Origin: Hyphomicrobiales bacterium
Lineage (GTDB): Bacteria > Pseudomonadota > Alphaproteobacteria > Rhizobiales > Kaistiaceae
Assembly (NCBI GenBank): GCA_038323025.1
Contig: JBBQGL010000028.1
Coordinates: 1 to 24,000 of the forward strand
Length of the DNA stretch: 24,000 bases
Direction of reading: 5' to 3'
In this document: positions 18,401 through 24,000 of the stretch, piece by piece
How positions within the stretch are numbered: the first letter of the stretch is position 1
How the letters are laid out: the number at the start of each line of letters is the position of its first letter
Translations under genes and position numbers: made by a program
The notes under the pieces: model-generated
What the model saw: the letters and a program-made list of their open reading frames with translations, nothing else
The model's database searches: none
Told to the model about the DNA's origin: nothing

Positions 18401-19225
18401 TCAAGCCATCCCGGCGACGCCGATTCGCGCCCGCCGCGCGAGCGTCTCCCGGTCCATCCAGTAAAGTGCGTCGCAAATCTCCGCCGGCAAGTGGCCCGGC
18501 CCGTTGCAGCGGGCGGCGGCCTCCGCCCCGGCGGCCCCGAAGACGGCGAGCGCGGCGGTCGCCGCGGCGAGCGGCGGGAGCCCGGAGGCGAAGGCCGCGG
18601 TCGTTGCACTCAGCGAGCAGCCGAGGGCGGTGGAAAGCGGCATCAAGGCATCGCCTCCTTCAATCGCGATCACCGCGTCGCCGTCGGTGGCATAGTCGGT
18701 GACGCCGGTGACCGCGACCACCGCCCCGGTCTGCCGCGCCAGCGCCATTGCCGCGGCAATGGCCGCATCGGAATTGGCGGTCGAATCGACGCCCTTGCCG
18801 CCCGCCCCGGCCGCGCCCGCTAGGCTCATGATCTCGCTGGCGTTGCCGCGGATGATCGCCGGACCGAGGCCGGCCAGTACGACCGACGTCTCCGTGCGAT
18901 AGCGCGTGGCGCCGCAGCCGACCGGGTCGAGCACCCAGGGCTTTTTCAGCGTGACCGCTTTCCGCGCGGCGAGCCGCATGGCCTCCACCCAACGCGCCGA
19001 AAGAGTGCCGATGTTGATGACCAGCGCCGACGAGATGGCGACGAACTCCTCGACCTCCTCGACCGCGTGCACCATGGCCGGCGAGGCGCCGAGCGCGAGC
19101 AGCACGTTGGCGGAGACGGTCATGCCGACGTAGTTGGTGATGTTGTGGACAAGCGGGCGGCGCGCCCTGAGTTCCTCCAGCGCCGCGAAGGCGCTCTCGA
19201 TGTCGACAGGCTGCTTCGATGTCAT
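18401..19225 (-). CDS. thiM: Hydroxyethylthiazole kinase
   Basis: 274 aa. RPLVHNITNYVGMTVSANVLLALGASPAMVH, ALVINIGTL, PWVLDPVG and TGTGC-like STALGCSLSA are the ThiM pattern. It lies directly downstream of a TPP riboswitch. Confidence 0.9.
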   Translation of the reverse strand: MTSKQPVDIESAFAALEELRARRPLVHNITNYVGMTVSANVLLALGASPAMVHAVEEVEEFVAISSALVINIGTLSARWVEAMRLAARKAVTLKKPWVLDPVGCGATRYRTETSVVLAGLGPAIIRGNASEIMSLAGAAGAGGKGVDSTANSDAAIAAAMALARQTGAVVAVTGVTDYATDGDAVIAIEGGDALMPLSTALGCSLSATTAAFASGLPPLAAATAALAVFGAAGAEAAARCNGPGHLPAEICDALYWMDRETLARRARIGVAGMA

Positions 19226-19279
19226 CCGCGCTCATCCTTCGGCTGGGGCCGACGGACGACGATTTGCTTCGCTCTCTGG

Positions 19280-19375
19280 CGCATCCTCAAATCCCTCCGC
19301 CGGCATGATCCGGGTCAGGTTCGACGGGTTGGCGATCTGCCTCTCAGCCCCGAAGGGCACCCCGTTGAGACGGAA
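19280..19375 (-). promoter_or_regulatory. TPP (THI-box) riboswitch aptamer controlling thiM-thiE
   Basis: The minus strand reads CUCAACGGGGUGCCCUUCGGGGCUGAGAGGCAGAUCGCCAACCCGUCGAACCUGACCCGGAUCAUGCCGGCGGAGGGAUUUGAG. It contains the conserved GGGGUGC, CUGAGA, ACCC, ACCUGA and GCCGGCGGAGGGA blocks. P1 is formed by CUCAA/UUGAG. It lies about 60 nt upstream of the thiM ATG. Confidence 0.9.
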
Positions 19376-19413
19376 CGAACGTAGGGATTCGCCGCGGCAG
19401 GCGCAAGCGCCGT

Positions 19414-19800
19414 TCAGCGGATCAGCTCAATCTCGATGCCAAGCTTCACGCCGACCTTCGACCAAATCCGGTCACCGGTGAGGACATTGGCGCCCAGCCC
19501 GCGGGCAACCGAAAGACAAGCGCGATCGCCCAACGAAAGCCCCGCATCGCGGGTGTCTGCCGCGAGCAAGCCGGCAATTATCGCGTACTCAGCGTCGAAC
19601 GGTAAAATCTCGAGATCAAGCGGATCAAGCAGCGCGGAGATCGCGCTTCGTCCATGACCATGCAAGGCAAAGTATGCGACGACTTCCGAGTAGTTGACGC
19701 TCGAGATCATGGCGTCGGCTAACGATTCTCGAACCTTTTCTGCGCCCGGTTCGCGAATAAGCGCGGCGATAACCGCGGACGAATCCAGAACCGTTGGCAT
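19414..19800 (-). CDS. vapC: PIN-domain type II toxin VapC
   Basis: 128 aa. It starts MPTVLDSSAVIAALIREPG, carrying the N-terminal acidic PIN residue D6. Further acidic positions are SVNYSEV, LSLGDRACL and the C-terminal TGD. The start codon abuts the antitoxin stop (TAGATG). Confidence 0.85.
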   Translation of the reverse strand: MPTVLDSSAVIAALIREPGAEKVRESLADAMISSVNYSEVVAYFALHGHGRSAISALLDPLDLEILPFDAEYAIIAGLLAADTRDAGLSLGDRACLSVARGLGANVLTGDRIWSKVGVKLGIEIELIR

Positions 19801-20094
19801 CTATTCCTTCCACTGGGTTCGCCGGAATTTCAGGAAGGCATCAACGGATAGGTCTTCCCCGAGCATGGCCCGCGCTTTCTTCCGCGCGGTCTCCCAGACT
19901 GCGTCGGCAGTCCGCAGGCTTATTGTATTGTCATGGAGTTCAAGCATCACCGAACCGCCCTTCTCAAGGCCGATGGCACGGCGTAGTTCGATGGGAAGGC
20001 TTAGCCGACCGGTCTCCGATACCTTGACCGTCGCCGTCTGACCTTTGACAGCTCGCGGCGCATTCATGGCAGCCATCTCCGCTTTGGCAAGCAT
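19801..20094 (-). CDS. vapB: AbrB/MazE/SpoVT-family antitoxin VapB
   Basis: VKGQTATVKVSETGRLSLPIELRRAIGLEKGGSVMLELHDNTISL is a swapped-hairpin AbrB-type fold signature. The gene lies immediately upstream of vapC. The start is ambiguous: ATG 20094, or more likely ATG 20067, which has GGAG 9 nt upstream. Confidence 0.8.
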   Translation of the reverse strand: MLAKAEMAAMNAPRAVKGQTATVKVSETGRLSLPIELRRAIGLEKGGSVMLELHDNTISLRTADAVWETARKKARAMLGEDLSVDAFLKFRRTQWKE

Positions 20095-20135
20095 ATAACT
20101 ATTGTCAAAAAATTCGTACTTGCCAAGGGGTTTCC

Positions 20136-21458
20136 TTATGCCATCCGGCTCATATTAGCCAACCGCTCGGGCCTCGGCCCGCCGTAAGCCCAGTCGAGCA
20201 GCTGAACCGTGTGGAGCACGGGGAGGCCGGTGCCGCCGCCGATCTGCGTGATGCAGCCGATATTTCCGGCGGCGACGATGTCGGCGCCGGTAGCCTCGAT
20301 GTTGGCGATCTTGCGGTCGCGGAGACGGCCCGCGATCTCGGGCTGCAGGAGGTTGTAGGTCCCGGCGGAGCCGCAGCAGAGGTGCGCTTCGGCGACATCG
20401 CGCACCTTGAAGCCGGCTCGGGCGAGCAGCGTCTTTGGAGCGGCGCGAATCTGCTGGCCGTGCTGGAGCGAGCAGGCGGAATGATAGGCGACTGTCAGGC
20501 CCGAAGGCGACGGCGCTTCGCCTAGCGTCATCGTCTCCAGAAATTCCGAAATGTCCTTCGCGATGCCCGACACCCGCGCCGCCTTGCCGGCGTAGTCCGG
20601 ATCGGTGCGGAAGAGGAAGCCGTAGTCCTTGACGGTCGTGCCGCACCCCGAGGTGGTGATGACAATGGCGTCGAGGCCCTCGCCGTCCATCTCGCGCGTC
20701 CAGGCGTCGATGTTCGCCTTCGCCAGGGCATGGGACTGGTGCGCCCTGCCCATGTGATGCGGCAGTGCGCCGCAGCAGCCCTCGCCTTCGGCCAGGACGA
20801 CCTCGATGCCCTGGCGCGTCAGCAGGCGGATGGCGGCGTCGTTGATCGCCGGGTCGAGAACAGACTGGGCGCAGCCGCGCAACAGTGCGATGCGGCCGCG
20901 GCGCTTGCCGGCGGCGGGGAAGACTCCCGGCCGGTCGGCATTGGAACGCGGCGGCAGGCGCGGCGGCGCCAGGCTGAGCATGGCGCCGAAACGCGACAGG
21001 CCGGGCACCCGCCGGATCATTCCGCCGAGCGGCCGGGCAAAGAACGCCGCGACCAGCGCCGCGCGAAAGCGCTTCGGATAGGGCAGCACCGCCGCCAGGA
21101 CCCCGCGCACCAGCCGGTCGAAAAACGGGCGCGGGTAGGTCTCCTCGATGCGAACGCGGGCATGGTCGACAAGGTGCATGTAGTCGACCCCTGACGGACA
21201 GGTCGTCATACACGACAGGCAAGAGAGGCAACGGTCGATGTGGAGCGCGACTTCGGCATTGGCCGGTTTGTCGTTCTCCAGCATGTCCTTGATCAGGTAG
21301 ATGCGGCCCCGCGGGCTATCGAGCTCGTCGCCGAGGAGGACATAGGTCGGGCAGGTCGCCGTGCAGAACCCGCAATGCACGCAGGAACGCAGGATCTTCT
21401 CCGCCACCGCGGTATCCGGATCGGCAAGCTGGGCAAGGGAGAAGTTGGTCTGCATCAA
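20136..21458 (-). CDS. glcF: Glycolate oxidase iron-sulfur subunit
   Basis: 440 aa. It has two ferredoxin-type clusters, CVHCGFCTATCP and CLSCLSCMTTCP, followed by CCG-domain repeats (CCGALP and CCGSAGTY). Confidence 0.9.
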   Translation of the reverse strand: MMQTNFSLAQLADPDTAVAEKILRSCVHCGFCTATCPTYVLLGDELDSPRGRIYLIKDMLENDKPANAEVALHIDRCLSCLSCMTTCPSGVDYMHLVDHARVRIEETYPRPFFDRLVRGVLAAVLPYPKRFRAALVAAFFARPLGGMIRRVPGLSRFGAMLSLAPPRLPPRSNADRPGVFPAAGKRRGRIALLRGCAQSVLDPAINDAAIRLLTRQGIEVVLAEGEGCCGALPHHMGRAHQSHALAKANIDAWTREMDGEGLDAIVITTSGCGTTVKDYGFLFRTDPDYAGKAARVSGIAKDISEFLETMTLGEAPSPSGLTVAYHSACSLQHGQQIRAAPKTLLARAGFKVRDVAEAHLCCGSAGTYNLLQPEIAGRLRDRKIANIEATGADIVAAGNIGCITQIGGGTGLPVLHTVQLLDWAYGGPRPERLANMSRMA

Positions 21459-22639
21459 ATCCCTACGTACATGCGCGCGGGGTTGAGGATGCCCGACGGA
21501 TCGAAGGTCTGTTTCAGTTTGCGGGTCAGGGCCATGATGGGCCCCGACGGTGGCTCGAAGACGTCAACGGCAAGGCGAACCGCATCGGTTGCCCGGACCA
21601 GCGTGGCATGGCCGCCGGCGGCGGCTACGGCCGCGCGAATGACACCGGCGCCGGCGTCGGCACCCTCGCCGCCCGCAATCCACACGAGCCCGCCGCCCCA
21701 GTCGTAAAGCACCCGGCAGGGAAAGGCGCGCCGCGCCGCCTCGGCAATCCGCGGTCCCGCGCCCGGCTTGACCGATACCCGCCAGACCGGTGCATCGGAC
21801 GGCGCGCCGAGCACGGCAAGGTCGCGCACATCGCGCCAGAGCGTTTGGGAGGCCGCCCCCTCAAGGCGTTCGGCCTTGCCGAACGCGTTGAGCTCCGCCG
21901 CCAGTCTGTCAAGGCGATAGGCCACGGATTCCGTGAAGCCGTCGAGGCGGATCAGCGTGCGCGCGACCTCGCCGGCTTGCCGCGGAACATGCGCGGCGCC
22001 GGTTACGGAAAAAGGCGAGCCGAGCGCGGCAGACAGCGCCGCGACGGCGCGGACATCATCCAGCCCCGAAAGGACCAGCGTGGCCTCGCTCTCCGGCACG
22101 GGGAGCACCTTGAAGGTCACTTCGGACAGGACGGCAAGAGTGCCGAAAGACCCGGCGAGGAACTTCACAAGGTCGAGCCCAACGACGTTCTTCATGACGC
22201 GCCCGCCGGACTTGGCGACGTCGCCGCCGCCCGTAACCGCGCGGATGCCGATGAGGGAGTCGCGTGCGGCGCCTGCCGTTATGCGGCGCGGACCCGAGAT
22301 GTTGGCGGCGACCACACCACCGATTGTCGGCTCGCCCGAGCCGCCGTAGAGCGCGCGGTGATCCATCGGCTCGAAGGCGAGACGCTGGCGGTTGCTCGCG
22401 AGCAGCGCATCGATTTCGGCGAGCGGCGTACCGGCGCGTGCCGAAAGGACCATCTCCGACGGCTCATAGAGCGTGACGCCGGCGAGCTTCGCCGTGGAAA
22501 GGGTGGCCGCCGTCTGCATGGGCCGGCCGAGGCCACTGCGCGTACCGCCGCCGTCGACCGCCAGCGGCGTGCGCCTGCCGGCCGCCTCGGCGATCATGGC
22601 AGCAAGTTCGGATTCGTCGGCCGGCGCCCACAACGTCAT
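21455..22639 (-). CDS. glcE: Glycolate oxidase FAD-binding subunit
   Basis: 394 aa with an FAD-binding PCMH-type domain (PLAVDGGGTRSGLG, GEPTIGGVVAANISGPRR, VMKNVVGLDL). The stop overlaps the glcF start (ATGA at 21455-21458). Confidence 0.9.
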   Translation of the reverse strand: MTLWAPADESELAAMIAEAAGRRTPLAVDGGGTRSGLGRPMQTAATLSTAKLAGVTLYEPSEMVLSARAGTPLAEIDALLASNRQRLAFEPMDHRALYGGSGEPTIGGVVAANISGPRRITAGAARDSLIGIRAVTGGGDVAKSGGRVMKNVVGLDLVKFLAGSFGTLAVLSEVTFKVLPVPESEATLVLSGLDDVRAVAALSAALGSPFSVTGAAHVPRQAGEVARTLIRLDGFTESVAYRLDRLAAELNAFGKAERLEGAASQTLWRDVRDLAVLGAPSDAPVWRVSVKPGAGPRIAEAARRAFPCRVLYDWGGGLVWIAGGEGADAGAGVIRAAVAAAGGHATLVRATDAVRLAVDVFEPPSGPIMALTRKLKQTFDPSGILNPARMYVGI

Positions 22640-22687
22640 AAAAGGCCTCGGCCCGTCCTACGGTTCTTTCGGCCGAAGGGTGAAGCC

Positions 22688-22852
22688 CTAGTGCGGCAGG
22701 GCGGTGAAGTGATCGCCGAGGTAGTACGGCCAGAGGATAAGCGCCAGCAGCCCCCGCCAGAACGGCAGTTGCAGGAAGCCAATGGTGAAGAGCCAGCCCG
22801 CGGCCCACACCAGGCCGACCGAGCTGTGCTGTTCAATCCGGATCTTTTCCAT
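22688..22852 (-). CDS. Small (54 aa) hydrophobic membrane protein encoded between glcD and glcE; not in the ORF track
   Basis: My own translation gives MEKIRIEQHSSVGLVWAAGWLFTIGFLQLPFWRGLLALILWPYYLGDHFTALPH*. The RBS GAAGGAA ends 5 nt before the ATG. Third-position G/C bias is strong, as in neighbouring genes. There are two hydrophobic stretches. The gene is on the same strand as the glc genes, 49 nt after glcD and 48 nt before glcE. Confidence 0.6.
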   Translation of the reverse strand: MEKIRIEQHSSVGLVWAAGWLFTIGFLQLPFWRGLLALILWPYYLGDHFTALPH

Positions 22853-22901
22853 GTGCGTTCCTTCGGCCCGTTACAGGGGTCTGTATGATGCAACTGACTT
22901 C

Positions 22902-24000
22902 TCAAGGCTGGACGGGTCTCCCGTCGAGCGGAAACACCTTAGCCGGATTAAGCCGCCATGTCGGGTCAAAGGCGCTTTTCACCCGCATCTGAATGGCCAG
23001 GTCGGTGGCGGAAAACTGGTAGGGCATCAGGTCGCGCTTCTCCACCCCGACGCCATGCTCCCCGGTGAGGCATCCGCCCACCTCGACACAGAGCTTCAGG
23101 ATGTCGGCGCCGGCGCGTTCGGCCTTCTCCAGTTCGCCGGGCGCGTTGGCGTTAAAGAGGATGAGAGGGTGGAGGTTGCCGTCGCCGGCGTGGAAGATGT
23201 TGGCGACCGCGAGGCCGTAGCCCGTACAGATTTCGCCGACGCGGCGGAGCACGTCGGGCAGGCGGCCGGTCGGAATGACGCCGTCCATGCAAAGGTAGTC
23301 CGAAATCCGGCCCATGGCGCCGAAGGCCGACTTGCGCCCCTTCCAGATCGCCGCGCTTTCAGCCTCCGATTTCGACAGGCGCATGGTGGATGGTTCGAAG
23401 CGCGCGGCGATCGCGGTTATCCGGGCGATCAGCGATTCGATCTCAGCTTCGGAGCCCTCGACCTCGACGATCAGCAACGCCTCGACGTCGAGCGGATACC
23501 CGGCATGGGCGAATGCCTCGCACACCTTGATCGCCGGACGGTCCATGTACTCGATTGCCACCGGGATAATGCCGCTGCCGATGATCGCAGCGACGCAGCC
23601 GCCTGCTGCTTCGGCGGAATTGAAGCCCATCAGCATCGGACGGGCACCCTCGGCGGCACGCAGGATGCGCACCGTCGCCTCGGTGACGATGCCGAGCTGG
23701 CCCTCCGAGCCGACGACCAGGCCGAGCAGATCGTAACCTGCCGCGTCGAGATGATCGCCGCCGATGTCGACGACCGTGCCGTCGATCAGCACCAGCTTGA
23801 CCCCCAACACGTTGTTGGTGGTCACGCCGTATTTGAGGCAGTGCGCGCCCCCCGAATTCATGGCGATGTTGCCCGCGATGGTGCAGGCAAGCTGGCTCGA
23901 CGGGTCCGGAGCGTAGAAGAAGCCGGCGGGAGCCACGGCATTCGTGATGTTAATGTTGGTCACGCCCGCCTGGACCCTGGCGATCCGGTTTTCGTAGTCG
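22902..24000 (-). CDS. glcD: Glycolate oxidase subunit GlcD (FAD-linked oxidase), C-terminal about 365 aa; the N-terminus lies beyond the window
   Basis: FYAPDPSSQLACTIAGNIAMNSGGAHCLKYGVTTNNVLG, GYDLLGLVVGSEGQLGIVTE, HAGDGNLHP and GCLTGEHGVGVEKR are the GlcD pattern. The frame stays open upstream of the listed GTG to position 24000 (...DYENRIARVQAGVTNIN...). Confidence 0.9.
   Translation of the reverse strand, partial: DYENRIARVQAGVTNINITNAVAPAGFFYAPDPSSQLACTIAGNIAMNSGGAHCLKYGVTTNNVLGVKLVLIDGTVVDIGGDHLDAAGYDLLGLVVGSEGQLGIVTEATVRILRAAEGARPMLMGFNSAEAAGGCVAAIIGSGIIPVAIEYMDRPAIKVCEAFAHAGYPLDVEALLIVEVEGSEAEIESLIARITAIAARFEPSTMRLSKSEAESAAIWKGRKSAFGAMGRISDYLCMDGVIPTGRLPDVLRRVGEICTGYGLAVANIFHAGDGNLHPLILFNANAPGELEKAERAGADILKLCVEVGGCLTGEHGVGVEKRDLMPYQFSATDLAIQMRVKSAFDPTWRLNPAKVFPLDGRPVQP

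Noticed and set aside
20155-22888. 358-aa minus-strand ORF inside glcF and 426-aa plus-strand ORF antisense to glcE
   Set aside because: These are alternative-frame artefacts. The glcF and glcE frames carry Fe-S cluster and FAD-domain motifs.
22636-22905. Listed 89-aa ORF spanning the glcD-glcE spacer
   Set aside because: It has Arg/Ser/Gly/Cys-rich composition and no RBS, and it overlaps the stop of glcD and the start of glcE. A different frame on the same strand gives a hydrophobic 54-aa protein with a good RBS and codon bias, which I prefer.

Overview
High-GC (roughly two-thirds G+C by eye) chromosomal window, probably from an alphaproteobacterium of the Rhizobiales/Hyphomicrobiales type. 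That placement is an inference from gene content and order: CIRCE-groESL, hisS-hisZ-hisG, BacA/SbmA, and palindromic intergenic repeats. Most of the window is housekeeping. In order it holds a partial HAD-IIA hydrolase; an orphan sigma-54 response regulator convergent with an orphan TadG-like VWA protein; groES-groEL with a perfect CIRCE operator and an intrinsic terminator; bacA/sbmA; and hisS-hisZ-hisG. These are followed by tag, two tandem L,D-transpeptidases, a DHA2-type MFS transporter, and a long minus-strand run glcD-(small ORF)-glcE-glcF / vapBC / TPP riboswitch-thiM-thiE / malate synthase A. I do not see a large new multi-gene system, and I see no CRISPR array, tRNA/rRNA gene, transposase or integrase. 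The accessory or unusual content is: (1) two visibly AT-richer type II toxin-antitoxin cassettes, brnTA after groEL and vapBC between glcF and the thi riboswitch, each with a palindrome over its putative promoter; (2) a 54-codon membrane-protein gene, absent from the ORF track, in the glcD-glcE spacer; (3) three 145-175 bp nested-palindrome (REP/RIME/MITE-like) elements filling the spacers of the his operon and the hisG/tag convergence zone; (4) a glycolate-to-malate gene set split by unrelated insertions. Many long ORFs in the track are alternative-frame or antisense artefacts of the high GC content, and several real genes start well inside their listed ORFs.
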